The notes under the pieces were generated by a model. It was not told the origin of the DNA and searched no databases. It saw only the letters and a list, made by a program, of their open reading frames with translations. The position numbers and the translations under genes were made by a program. A stretch of 64,000 nt of DNA from Octopus vulgaris (Eukaryota). Numbering within the stretch: position 1 is the stretch's first letter; each line of letters opens with the position of its first letter. Shown in pieces: positions 1 through 13,345 of the stretch. The DNA lies in contig OX597825.1 in the NCBI GenBank assembly GCA_951406725.2, forward strand, positions 70,556,001 through 70,620,000, given 5' to 3'.

Positions 1-359
1 GTGAGTCTGTTTTAATTGAAATTCAAAAGAATATAACAATAAATTATATGTATATATGTGTGTGTGTGTGTTTATATAAATAAATGAGGTGTTAAGCAGT
101 GTGTGTTTTTTTCCCCTTTTTTTTATGCTGTAATGTACTTCAGATGATGAAATCTCCAATTTCAGCTGACACAGAGTTTGTGAATTGAACCAAGTTAAAC
201 ACACAAGACAACTGAAAACATCCTTTCACAACTGTCCTCTGTATTTAACCCACTTATATAACACATGCAGTGCCAGCTAAAATCTTGTATATTTACCCAA
301 AGGTACATCATAACATATGTTTCAATACAATATATACATATACATATATATACATACAC

Positions 360-398
<39 letters not shown>

Positions 399-1518
399 TA
401 CATACATATATACATACACAGATTTCTAAAGATACATTGGCAATTTATTTTTTTTAAGACATACATTCTGTGCTAAACAACAACAACAACCAAACAATAT
501 TATAATAACAATAATAACAATAATTAATAATAAGAAAAATAATATGAATAATAATAATAATGATTAAAAACATTACAGGTTGCACCATCACCAAATGTAC
601 ACTGACTGGATATTAAAGAAATCTAAGATGCATGGCATTTACTTGATTTGGACCTACTCGAGAATGCTTTAATCCATGGTGCTGTAATGGCAGCAAAATG
701 GTCAACAGCAAAGGTGCGTCATAGGGCAAAGAGTACGATCCACTGGGAGAAGATGTCTGCCAAATTTTAGAAAGAGAAGAATACTTTTTGGTTTTTAATA
801 TGAAGAAGAACAAACAAACAAAAAAAAGGGGTAAATAGAGTGAGAACATTCAGTGGTTTAGAAGAAACACCAGCTCATTCCTTTCACACCAGAAATGAAG
901 GAAAAATAACAAAAGCAATGGAACAAGAGAGAGGGAGAGGGAGAGAAAGGGAGAGGTACAAAAGGAGAGCTTTTATACATTCACTCAAGCTGCTAGAAAT
1001 AGTGACCAAATCTCCACCAAATCCCACCCATCAAATTCCCATTATTGCCATAAAAAAAAATTAAAAAATAAAAGCAAACCCAGATGCAATTAACAATCAT
1101 CATCATCACCACCATCATTATTTAATATCCATTTTTCATGCTTGTATGGGTTGGATGGTTCAACTGGACCTGGCTAGCCAGAGGACTGCACCAAGCTCCA
1201 ATGTCCGCTTTGGCATAGTTTTTACAGCTGGATGCCCTTCCTAATGCCAACAGCTTCAGAGAATTTACTGAGTGCTTTGTACATGGCAATGGGCACTAGT
1301 GCAGTCGCAAAGTAGCTCACAAGACAAGGCCCCACAACCCCAACAACTGAGGTGCATGTATAGTACTGAGGGAGGTGGCTTTAAGCTAAATATGATAGGG
1401 GCATAGAAACAGATGACTTGCTGTGTGAGAGATATTTAGTTACCCCAGTTGAAGGAGGGAGACGTTGGTGGTAAAAATGTGTCAGGGCATACCCTCAAGT
1501 TACAGAACTGGGCAGTCA

Positions 1519-1751
1519 GATGGCGAGCTGGTAGAAACGTTTGCACACCGGGCGAAATGCTTAGCGATATTTCGTCTGCCGTTACATTCTGAGTTCAAAT
1601 TCCGCCGAGGTCGACTTTGCTTTTCATCCTTTCAGGGTCGATAAATTAAGTACCAGTTACACACTGGGGTCGATGTAATTGACTTAATCCCTTTGTCTGT
1701 CCTTGTTTGTCTCCTCTACGTTTAGCCCCTTGTGGGCAATAAAGAAATAAG
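1519..1751 (+). mobile_element. SINE family A (tRNA-like head plus Deu/Nin-like core)
   Basis: B-box gttcaaattcc; core ggtcgactttgc...catcctttc...ggtcgataaattaagtaccag; TSD aa(c/t)tgggcagtca. Confidence 0.85.
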
Positions 1752-2069
1752 AATTGGGCAGTCATGGTTGAAATGGATTTGATCACTGGATTTGATCATG
1801 CTTGGTCAAGGCTGACTTGGGCAATTTCATGTTGCTCCGGTCCACTCATCTGGCAAAGACGCATAAACCTACAATGGACTGGTGTCCCATCCAGAAGGGA
1901 ATATATAACCACAAAAACCTGGAAGAGTTTGTATGACTTGGAAAGGAGATTTATTCCCTTTTTTTAAAATCCTATTTTGATAACAGCTGGTTATGATTTG
2001 AGAGAGATTTGGCTGATATTTCTAGCAGGTTTAGAGACTCTTTTCATGGTTCATTTAACTTTGTTTCTC

Positions 2070-2560
2070 ATAAGGGTTGTGACAAAAAATGGGTTAGAAA
2101 TGCAACAGATAAGGAGTGAAATAGGTGACCATCAAAACAAAACTTGTGATAAGAAAGGGGTGAAATATTTGGTGATAAAATTAAGAGTGGAGGAAATAAA
2201 AGGGGTTAGAAATAAAAGAGAAGCAGGGTGAAAATATTTGATGATCAAATTAAGGGTTGTGACAAGAAAGGGGTTAGAAACATAACAGAAACAGTGAAAT
2301 ATTTGGGGATCAAATTAAGGATGGTAGCAAAAAATGGAACAGAAATAAAAGAGACACAAGGTGAAAGTATTTGAAGATCAAATTAAGGGTTGAGACAAGA
2401 AAGGAATAAGAAATGCAACAGAAACAATGAAATATTTTGATGATTAAATTAAGGAGTTGGAGCAAAAAAGGGGTTTCAGATGTAACAGAAATAGGGTGAA
2501 ACATTTGATCATCAAAATAAAGGTATATGACAAGAAAGAAGTTAGAGATAAAACAGCAAC
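2070..2560. repeat. Minisatellite, ~65-68 bp unit, about 7-8 degenerate copies
   Basis: Recurring aaatatttgatgatcaaattaagggttgtgacaagaaaggggttagaaa. Confidence 0.8.
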
Positions 2561-3423
2561 AGACAGACATATTTTATCATTAAAACAAGGTGTAATTTAT
2601 ATTAAGTCATCTCAGAAAATGATGTAAGATTTCAGAACAAAGGAAGAACTTTTACTTTTACATAAACTTGTATTATTTTCACTTCTCATTTTAGTAGGCC
2701 TGTGGCCATTCCTGGAAACCAAATTCAGGGATTTTTCCTCCCAACTTTTTTTTTTTTTTTTTGAAGTAGATTATATTAACCCCCTTCCTGATACTTTGGT
2801 AAATATTTTATCAGAACTATAAGAAACAAAAGGGACACATACTTGGTTTATAGGGAGGTAATTAAATTATGACTCAACAATAGGGATGAGAGCAATATTC
2901 TTTTCTACTCTAGGCACAAAGCCCAAAACTTTGGGGGAGGTGGGGGGCCAGTCAATTACATTGACCCCAGTATGCAACTGGTACTTAATTTATCAACCCC
3001 GAAAGGATGAAAAGCAAAGCCGACCTCAGTGGAATTTGAACTCAGAATGTAGACAGACGAAATATCACCAAGCATTTTGCCTGATGTGCTAACGTTTCTG
3101 CCAGCTTACCACCTTGTTTTGCTTTACAAATATTACAAGGTATTTTTGTTGAACCCCCCAATTTTTTGACTGGATGGACGGATGGATGAATGTATTAGTG
3201 TTAATATATTTGACAGTGGAAGCATTAAAATGACAAATATAAATAAATAAACATTGAGTGGGAAAAAATACTTGACATTGATTCCCAACCACATGGTTAT
3301 GGGTTCAGTCCCACTGCATGGCATCTTGGGCAAGTACCTTCTATTATAGCCTCAGGCTGACCAAAGCCTTGTGAGTGGTAGACAGAAACTGAAAGAAGCC
3401 CATCAAGTGTGTATGTATGTATG

Positions 3424-3458
<35 letters not shown>

Positions 3459-4257
3459 CTTTGTGTCTGTGCTGCTGTGTTTACATCCCTACTTAGTGGT
3501 TCAGCAAAAGAGACTGTTAGAATAAGTACCAGGCTTTAAAAAAATCCTGGAGTTGATCTGTTTGACTATAACCTTTCAAGGCGGTGCTCCAGCATGGCCA
3601 CAGTCAAATGACTGAAACAAGTAAACGGATAAATAAGAGAGATAACTCTGAGTTTGTTTGAACATTATGACTACCTCATCAGTGATGAGGATACACCAGC
3701 GTATTTACTGGAATAAATTCACCCCAAAAATTAGGGGCATTCAGAATTCCCTTTCAGTTACCTCCCCTTATGCCCATTTACCTAATTCACTTCGTTCTTC
3801 TTTATCCAAGGTTGGTAAAATTAAATATGAGAAAATACTGATTCTGATATATTCCACTTCAAAAAAAAAAAAAAGGGGGGGGGGAAGAAAAAATCCACTG
3901 AATGCTGGTACCCCAGTAGAATGAGTCCAAATAATAAAAGAACAATTATAGGGGGAAGTAGGGGTGGATCAAAATCAACAAGGGAATTTTTTTAATGTCT
4001 GGAACATTCATATCATCATCATTTTTAAAGCTGCTGTGAAGAAAAAAAACATATATATTTATATATATATTTAAAAAAAAACATGGGTAAGTTGACAAGA
4101 GCAAGAAAGAAGTTGTAACAGCTGCTGTAGGGGATCAAATATGGGGCTTGCTGCAAGGTGGGTAGAGAAGGTGGCATGTCTGTTTCAGAATGATGCTGGG
4201 ATTAAAAGCATGGTGCAGCCCTGTCATAACATGCCCCAGACTAATTCCTCAATAATT

Positions 4258-4674
4258 CTTATTTATTTATTGCCCACAAGGGGCTAAACATAGAGAGGAC
4301 AAACAAGGACAGACAAAGGGATTAAGTCAATTACATCGACCCCAGTGCGTAACTGGAACTTATTTAATCGACCCCGAAAGGATGAAAGGCAAAGTCGACC
4401 TCGGTGGAATTTGAACTCAGAACATAACAGCAGACGAAATACCTATTTCTTTACTACCCACAAGGGGCTAAACACAGAGGGAACAAACAAGGACAGACAA
4501 ACGGATTAAGTCGATTACATCGACCCCAGTGCATAACTGGTACTTAATTTATCGACCCCGAAAGGAAGAAAGGCAAAGTTGACCTCGGCGGAATTTGAAC
4601 TCAAAACATAACGGTAGACGAAATATCGCTAAGCATTTCACCCGGCGTGCTAACGTTTCTGCCAGCTCACTGCT
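4258..4674 (-). mobile_element. SINE family A, partially dimeric copy
   Basis: The core and 3' half occur twice in tandem (4258-4440 and 4441-4674). Confidence 0.85.
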
Positions 4675-6605
4675 TTATCCCTGGATTTCTCTTGAACCCA
4701 GATTTAATGTGATTCCACAATGATATTTGTGGACCCCTAACAACTACTTTATAATGGGGCTGCACTGCATTTTTTTTTTTTTTACATATAAATCTTGACT
4801 TGTGTACGAATGCAAAGAATCACTTAGATAATGCAATGCAAAGCTGCAAAGAATCTGGGATTTAGGATTGAAGGAACACAAGCAAACAGTCTAAAGGAAT
4901 GTAATTATGCCCTAGTGTTTACGAAGGTTTCTGCTCAGCATTTTCATGCTCCCCACAAAAAGAATGTCTACAATTTAGTCCCTATTACTGTATGCTTATT
5001 CAACCCTTGTGCTGTTTCCCTTCACACTGAAAGCCTATTTAAGTCCATGAGCTAATATTTATTTCCTCTCACTACATGCTTGTTTACCTCTCAAACTCTA
5101 GCAGCATTTTCTCTATGCTAATCTCCCCAATCCTGTTAGAAACTAAAGATTTTCCCAAAAATGCAGCTGGTCCAGTATAGAAATCATATTTATAAAACTA
5201 CTACATAAATTTCAGTGAAACCTGGTGATAGGATGTAATAACTGTTGGTTGTATGCTATAAACTTTACCTGTCATGTCACTGTCACCAGCCCAGGTAGGT
5301 TGAATAGAGATAATTTGACTAGAATTTGATAAAATATTTTCATATATTTACAAGATATTGCTTCTTGGGTTTCCTGTCTCATAACTAAATTTGTGCTCTT
5401 TGGCCTCTCTAACCTGAAAGTTGCACACCTCTCATTAGAGAAAAAGCACTGGCATATGCCTTCATCTTCTCCGTTGATTTAATTGAGGTGCTGTTCCTTG
5501 TAGATGTGCATGTCCGGTGGTCTCATAGCTCATCCTGAGGACAATTCCATTATGGAAAAGTTGGAGATACTTAAGAGGTTTTGTTTCTAAGTTCAAAGAT
5601 TTTGTAGAGCCCACATCACTAATGAAAGTGTCAAAACAAGGATCAACTATGTCATCACACCACCCCTACTAACAATTGATAAATGCCAATGTCACTCAGG
5701 TTACTGGAGTGTACAGATTACACTAAAATATGCGTATGTAGCGACGCTATTTTGGAAGTCTTCAGTGCACATGCGCAGAGTTGGATCTCTTCTGGTAGGC
5801 CGCCAGAAGTTCCCTCATGCGCATGCGCAGAGAACTACCAACAGCAAGATTTCCTGCTGTATCGATCTCTTTCAAAGCTGCAACCGAAATGAACGGATGC
5901 GTCCTCACGGCTCTCCCAAGCAAGCCAACACGTGGCAAAGCCACTCTACGCTGGAATGAGACAACATTTGGCTCACACAATTTAACTGCTGTGATTAGCT
6001 CCCAATGGCTACCGGTTCACCCTGAAGGAAATATATATATATATATATATATATATTATTATTGCGAATCCAGAAAAATAAATATTATTTATGCTGTTGA
6101 AGATATTCGAAGTCTTGCTTTTCCTTCGACAAATAATTTAACGTAACAGGATGAGACCTGCACCCCTCAAGTGTTCCAGAGACCTTACATCCTGTTACAC
6201 GTATTTTCTCCAAGTCCAAGCACTCATTCTGTAATGAAATCATTAATATCACTGAATTCTAACTCCCTGACTTGAACTATACACGTCATGATCCTTGAAA
6301 ATCAAAAGAAGAAATCCACTGAATGAACAACAAATACACACATACCTGGTGCCAACAGGAAGTCTTTTCACGGAGAAGTTCTTTTTAAAATGGGGCTAAA
6401 TTTTGCTTCTAGTACAGAGGAGTTTTTTTAGTTCCTGTTATTAGGCCCAAAACAACAACACTCTTTGAATTTTGGTTATGTGCAGTCCAAGACCCAATGA
6501 CAGTTGTGATTACTTGTGGCACAGCAGTTTAAGAGTTAGCCCTTGAGAAAATGTACTCCCCTTATTGTGTACCTGTTTCATTTTTGAGCTAGTGTTCTCA
6601 CTTTC

Positions 6606-6838
6606 TTATTTCTCTATTGCCCACAAGGGGCTAAACATAGAGGGGACAAACAAGGACAGACAAAGGGATTAAGTTGATTACATCAATCCCAGTGCATAAC
6701 TGGTACTTAATTTATCGACACCCAAAAGGATGAAAGGAGAAGTCGACCTCGGCGGAATTTGAACTCAGAACGTAACAGCAGACGAAATACCGCTAAGCAT
6801 TTTGCCCGGAGTGCTAACGTTTCTACCAGCTCGCCACC
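6606..6838 (-). mobile_element. SINE family A; other copies at ~2900-3112(-), 15718-15950(+), 38180-38410(+), 43044-43255(-), 45474-45702(+), 58006-58240(+)
   Basis: Near-identical to 1519-1751 by eye; several copies have TSDs. Confidence 0.85.
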
Positions 6839-7344
6839 ATTCTCTATGCCAATTTAACTCATGTTAATGCCCTCCACCACTGCTTCTCACTGTAAGCCCA
6901 TTTAGCCCTAATGGCTAATATTCATTTCCTCTCAACACCTACCTATATAACTCAATGTGTAAAAGCCTTATTTCCTATCACTGCAGGTATATCTAACCCT
7001 TGTGCTGGTGTTTATTCCCTGCTCTCTAAAATTTTCTTTAACTCTTATGCAGACGTTGCTCTGCCCTACTTCATTTTACACCTTTTTAGCCCTTATGCTA
7101 ACGTTTATACCCCACATTGCACACCAACTTCTAATATAAATTGAAATATTACTGTCATCCTATTATGAATATTCAAAGCATGGAGTTATCTCCCCTGCCA
7201 CTTTTGTTTAGATTTAAGCATTGATCCAATTGTTTACTTCCTTTTGGTTCACATTGAGTTTGAAGTTTTCTTTCTTCCAATATTAACTTAGCTAGAAGTA
7301 GTAATGCAAATGTTAAAGGTACTTGTACTTTGGTCAACACATAA

Positions 7345-7745
7345 TCTCTCTATATATAAAGCTGAAGTTGTCTGTGTATGGCAGGTTTGGTAGCCTTCAA
7401 CTAACACTATCTCCTCTGAGACCCTGCGGCGCAAGTTGACCAAAATTGAGAGTATGATAGAAGAAGGCTTGCTCTTCATTCCGTAGAAGATAAAATTCAA
7501 GTCGGACCATGTTAACACCAAAAATTATTTACATCAAATAGGTGCTTTTTTTTCTATTAAAATCCCAATTTAAAAAAATTTTTGACTGGTGTGTCACCAT
7601 TTTTCGGTGTATTTCAACCAGAAAAATGTTCACTTAAAGAGAATAACAAGCTACATAATGCAAAATTTTTACTTTGCAAAAATTCCAATTCTAAAGGGTC
7701 GAAAAAAAAAAAACAAACCCAAGCAACGCCGGGCAATACTGCTAG
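7345..7745 (+). mobile_element. Non-autonomous Helitron-like element
   Basis: A|TC 5' end, subterminal hairpin-like cccaagcaacgccggg, CTAG|T 3' end, no TSD. Confidence 0.7.
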
Positions 7746-8019
7746 TATATGGTAATAATAACACTAGCATGTAAACCTGTACTTAAAATCTTGCCATTCA
7801 AGCAAAAAGGACAGCTCGACAGAGACACTCAAAATGGTTAAAAATAGCAGCCATTTCTTCAAATCTTTAAAAACAGGGATCAGTTCTGACAATAGGGACC
7901 AATTTTGAATATCAGAATTAATAACAGCAAATATTTTATTTGGTATTGGATATTTATTATTTTGTTACCATTCTTGTTTAACCTCATATCAGTTTTGATC
8001 TAGCAGTAACCAAAAGTAC

Positions 8020-8530
8020 CGCATCTATGATCAAGTGGATCCACGGTCAAAGGCCCCGCACTGTCCAAACAGGTCTATGATCAGACAACAGCAATGACCA
8101 AATAGATCTATGATAAAAAATACTGCAGCTATGACTTAGAAGATTTATGATGAAAGCTGTTGCAACTTTGGTCAAGCAAATCTATAAGAGACATTTCAGC
8201 TCTGATCTACTTGGCCTATGACCAAAGCTATTGCAGCTATGACCTAGGAAACCGATAGTCAAGGATACTGCAGCTATGATCTAACAAACCTATGATATGT
8301 CATAGCAGATGTATGATCAAATGCATTGCAGCTATGATCTACTAGGCCTATGATCAGAGATACTACGTTTACGACCTAGGAGACCTATCGTCAAGGTTAC
8401 TGCAGCTATGATCCAGCACACTTATGATTCAACATATTACAAATATGTCATAGCAGATGCATGATCAAACATTGCTGTTATGATCTACTAGGCCTATGAT
8501 CAAAGATATTATGACTATGGACCTAGGAGT
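8020..8530. repeat. Degenerate minisatellite, ~36 bp unit
   Basis: Recurring tgcagctatgatcta...cctatgatcaaa. Confidence 0.75.
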
Positions 8531-9910
8531 CAACACTCACATATTCACTTATGGTAAGTTTTCTAGTCCAGCCCCAGGTTAGCTTTGACAAAGTGGTTGG
8601 ACAATCAAAAGCATTCTAACCATGACCATCCCACTCAAAGTTTATCACCTACTGCATAACTACATTGTTTAACGTGTCCTCTCTTTTGTTAACTAGATCA
8701 AGTATGGTTAAAAGAGGCATTTCGCTGCTATATCTAGCTGGTCAAACAACTATATAGAAGTTTCCACATATCTGAGTACAAGAGAGGAGGCTATTTGAAA
8801 TGTGGGGGGTAGGAGGAGGGTTATTAACCAACGGTTTTCGGTTCAATCCCACCGCATGGTACCATGGGCAAGTGCCTTTTACTATAAGCCCAAGATGAAC
8901 CAGAGCCTGGTAGACGGAAGCTGAAAAAAGCCTATTGCATGTGTGTGTGTTTGTATACATATACCCTAATCTTGATACTGGGTAATAATTGTAAATGAGT
9001 GTCACTGACATACAAGCAGTATCATTCATTTCCATTATTCTGTGAGAATATGTCTTGGCATGGGAGGAAATATTACCTTGCATGGAAACAGGTGAGGGTT
9101 GATGACAGGAAAGGCACCGAACCATAGAAAACCTGCCTCACAAAATTCTGTCTGACCCATGCAAATACAGGAAAGTGGACATTAAGATGGTGATGATGAT
9201 GATGATGATGATGACAACAACAACAATGATGATGGTGATGATGATGATGATGATGATGACAATGTATGAAATGGTTAAGGAGTTCAGTTCACACTCACAA
9301 GATTTTTGGATTCACTCCTACAGCACAGAACCTTGGGCACATGTCTTTTATAATGAGACTTTGGCCCACCCAACCCTAGTAGGTGAAAGTATGCAGGTGG
9401 AAACTGTGCTGAAACCTGATACATGGATTGTATCCCGTAATTCAAAAGTATAACCTAACCATATGCTGTGTAATGTTGATTTTGCTTGGCCAAAGACTAC
9501 TTTAAAGGCATGTTTGTCTCTGGAATACTCAGCCACTAACACACAAATCCAATAACGACTAGGCAGTTTAGTTTATCAAACAACCAGTTATTATTCAAAT
9601 ATTGTGTGCAGGTGAGTGCATGTATGTGTGAAGGCACATGGCCCAGTAGTTAGGGAGTTGCATTTCACAATTGCGACATCATGGTCGTGAGTTGTGTTCT
9701 TGAGCAAAACACTTTACTCAACATTGCTCCAGTCTACTAGGCTGTAAGTGGTTGACCCTGCATGCGACAGACTGGTGCTCAGTTCAAGGAAATGCTGGCC
9801 AGCACACTTAGCCACAAGGGTGATATCATTTGAAAGTAAAAACAATGTGAAGCACACTGTGACCAGTGGTGTGTAACAAAATCCTACATATGTGTGTGCA
9901 TGTGTGTGTG

Positions 9911-9943
<33 letters not shown>

Positions 9944-9970
9944 ATATATCTGTATGTGTGTGTGTGTGTG

Positions 9971-10016
<46 letters not shown>

Positions 10017-11026
10017 CACATGCATATATACATATAGATATGCATATATATTTTAGGAAGTTAAAAGTCATGGCAGTCATAGAGTGACCATTGGTTTTTG
10101 AATGACTCATCAGTATAAACAATCCATTTGACTCAAATGTCTGACGAGTCACCTATACTGCTAAGCACGTTACAGGTGCATAGCCAATGGTCACTCTATG
10201 ACCGGCCACAACTTTTAACGTCCAAAAATATATATTACTGATCTAGAGCTTTAGAGTGCTATCTGTGTGTATATATATCTGTATAACTGTATTATATATA
10301 TCTGCATGTGTGTATGTATGTATATATATATATATATATATATCTGTGTGTATATACATATATATATATGTCTTCATACATGGGTGAGTTGTATTTATGT
10401 TTGTGAGTATATATACATATATGTATATTTGTATGTGTCTGTGTGTAGATATACGTTTGTATATATACACACACATATATCTTTACAAATATACACATAT
10501 CATGTTAGATATTCAGTAAAAAAAAAAAGTATTAGAAAAAAGAACAACAAAAAGATAACATCAAACATAGAGGTCAGTGGGAGCATCACAAACTGAGGTG
10601 TTGTTGAAAGGAAGAATGTGCAAACAAAATGCAAGGTGCATAGACGATGGTGCATCACATGTTCTCGGTGTGAAAGAACACAATGGAAGAATGAAAAGGA
10701 ATACAGGAAACCAAACCAAACCAAACCAAAGGAATATCACAGATCTTCTACAGAGTCTCAACAGACACACAGACAGACCAAAAAAAAAAAAAAAATCAGA
10801 TTTTTCAATGCAATGGATGAAGAACATAATCAGGGAGTTAAGAAGGAAAAATACACAAAAAGAAAAAAGAAAAAAATTTGGCAGCATCCGATCTCAGTGA
10901 ATTTTTAGAAATATTTCATTCTATAATAACAAAGAAAAAAAAAGACAACCATGCATTATATAAGAAATAATATAAATAGTAATAATAATAATAAAAATAA
11001 TGATTATGATCATTATCATTATTACC

Positions 11027-11073
<47 letters not shown>

Positions 11074-11664
11074 CATTATTATTATTATTATTGACATATG
11101 GCAACATAGTTAATGTGTTACGTGGCACGGATTTCAATGACTCGTGGGCATGACTATTAAATCAACTTGTGTCTTTAGATGACTTAAATTTTTTTTTTGT
11201 TTTAATCTTTGGATTAAATGATTCTGAATTGTCCAAATCAAAACAATAACAAAAAACAAAAAACAAAAATACAGAAATAAATAACTTAATGACAAATGAT
11301 CCTTGAAAAAAATGCACAAAAAAAAATAAAAACAAAACAGGTGAATGATAAGGTAAAAAAAAATAATAATGAAACACAAAAAACACAAACAACAAATAAT
11401 ATATCTGAAATATTGTGATCCTTATAAATAAATTCTATGTTTTACACATACAGACACACTCACACACACACTTGTTACTGCTGCCATAGTTGTGCCTCAG
11501 GTCAGCTTGAATAAGCTGACCAGTGGTGATCAAAGGTATTTCAGTCATTGCTAACTAACTCTTTCCCACCCCACCCCCTTTTACTGCTATTATTCAGGCA
11601 TAGTGCATCTAAAACCACATTATCCAATGTATCTGTCCTTTTAAAGATGGTAAAGTGTGACTTG

Positions 11665-11929
11665 TGGAGGCACATGGCTTAGTGGTTAGGGTGTTGAACT
11701 CATGATCGTAAGATTGTGGTTTCAATTCCTGGACCGGGCGATGCGTTGTGTTCTTGAGCAAAACACATCATTTCACATTGCTCCAGTCCACTCAGCTGGC
11801 AAAAATGAGTAATCCTGCGACGGACCAGCATCCCATCCAGGTGGGGAATTTCTACACCACTGAAACCAGGAAACCTGCCCTTATGAGCCTGACATGGCTC
11901 GAGAAGGAACATTTATTTTTTTTATTTTG
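11665..11929 (+). mobile_element. SINE family C (tRNA head plus core ttgtgttcttgagcaaaacac); relatives at ~9630-9800, 18860-19172(-), 22925-23240, 48925-49035, 49730-50050
   Basis: A box tggcttagtgg, B-box-like gtttcaattcc; TSD aagtgtgacttg; nested in an older family E repeat. Confidence 0.8.
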
Positions 11930-13231
11930 AAGTGTGACTTGAGAAAAGATTTGACTGCTATTTCTAACAAGTCAACCAGCCACACAGAAGCTCCAACATT
12001 GGTTTGTTTTCCAGCTACTTTAATCAGACAAGTCAAACTATGACCCTTGCTTCATCGATGTCAGAAACAGTTAAATATTTCGCCGCTTTAGTAAAACTGA
12101 AACATCTCCGTCCAGAGTTATCGTTGCACTGTCAACATCAGACTAGACTCACTCCTCACCGCATTATCCATATTCTACTTTTAATTAGTTTTAATAAACA
12201 CTTGAGGAGTTATTTCTTCTGCTTTGTAAGATCAGAATTCTTCCTTAATCCAATGATTCCTTTTCCTCGTTACAGCTGTAATTATGATTAATTAAAATAT
12301 CTTGATTCACTACATTAACTATACTATTACTGACCATAACTGTTTGGTCTGTCTCACAGAGCATGTATCTCCATATACATCCCCAAGTCCATATTATATG
12401 TGGTACCAACTAAAGTAACTAGTAAATAGATGTGTATTATATAAGGTACCATATAAATTTGGAAATGGGTGTGTACTGCATATAATACCAACGAAAGTAG
12501 GCAGTAGGAATCTCTTAGCGCATATATGCAGCACCAGCTAGAAGAATTCAATATCAACATAATCAACAAAAATCTTCAGTGGAATGTTAATGTTGGTTGC
12601 ATTGAATAAAAGCTGAGTAACAACCAGAACACAAGGAAAGTAATGGTTGTCTGTGTTTGTAAAACATTATTTAGTAAAGCTTACAAAGCTGGTTGAGTAT
12701 GTATAAGGTAGAATGACAAGGGTCCTTGTTTTGAGCAAAGTCCTTTGTAAGTGAGAATGAACAGGTATCCCAGTAAAAAAATGGGGATCATTTAGACCCC
12801 ACCTTCTCTGATTACTAAAATGGCAGTTTAAATGTTTCTTTTATAAGTAGAAGCTGTCTCCATTGACTTATATCTCTATAGAAGACCTTATGAAAACCAT
12901 CATCATCGTTTAACATCCGCTTTCCATGCTAGCATGGGTTGGACGAATGACTGAGGGCTGGTGAACCAGATGGCTGCACCAGGTTTCAATCTTGATCTGA
13001 CAGAGTTTCTACAGCTGGATGCCCTTCCTAACGCCAACCACTCCAAGAGTGTAGTGGGTGCTTTTACGTGCCACCAATGCATTCTGAAAACCTGTACATG
13101 TGAAGTATGCTGTAAATATAACTGTTCTACATTACTATTGTATAACAGTTACCCATAATTATCATAGCAAGCATTTTCCTTGTGTGCAGATAGGAACTAT
13201 AGTAAAAAGGAAAAATCTATACTTCATGTCA

Positions 13232-13345
13232 ACAAGGGAGCCTCTACATGGTCATTTGACATGCTAAAAACAATACCCAAATCTCTATAAAATCACACCC
13301 TGCCATCTTAAAAATGGAAGGAGTATATAATGGACAATGTAGTTC
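13232..13345 (+). mobile_element. Old (AAC)n-tailed interspersed repeat family E; copies at ~960-1030, 14850-15055, 16690-16900 (+) and 1975-2035, 8560-8765, 11490-11995, 25325-25505, 38055-38170, 58850-59135, 61760-61850 (-)
   Basis: Recurrent motifs ctgctagaaatagcagccaaatctc, aaatcacacc, ggacacattggataatgtag and atggctggaatgcctttgatcatag; copies are diverged. Confidence 0.65.

Noticed and set aside
2070-2560. Regularly spaced repeats that could be mistaken for a CRISPR array (also 17900-18470)
   Set aside because: Eukaryotic context, degenerate tandem units without unique spacers, and no cas genes.
11665-11740. tRNA-like sequences at SINE heads
   Set aside because: They are followed by SINE cores and tails and flanked by TSDs, so they are not tRNA genes.
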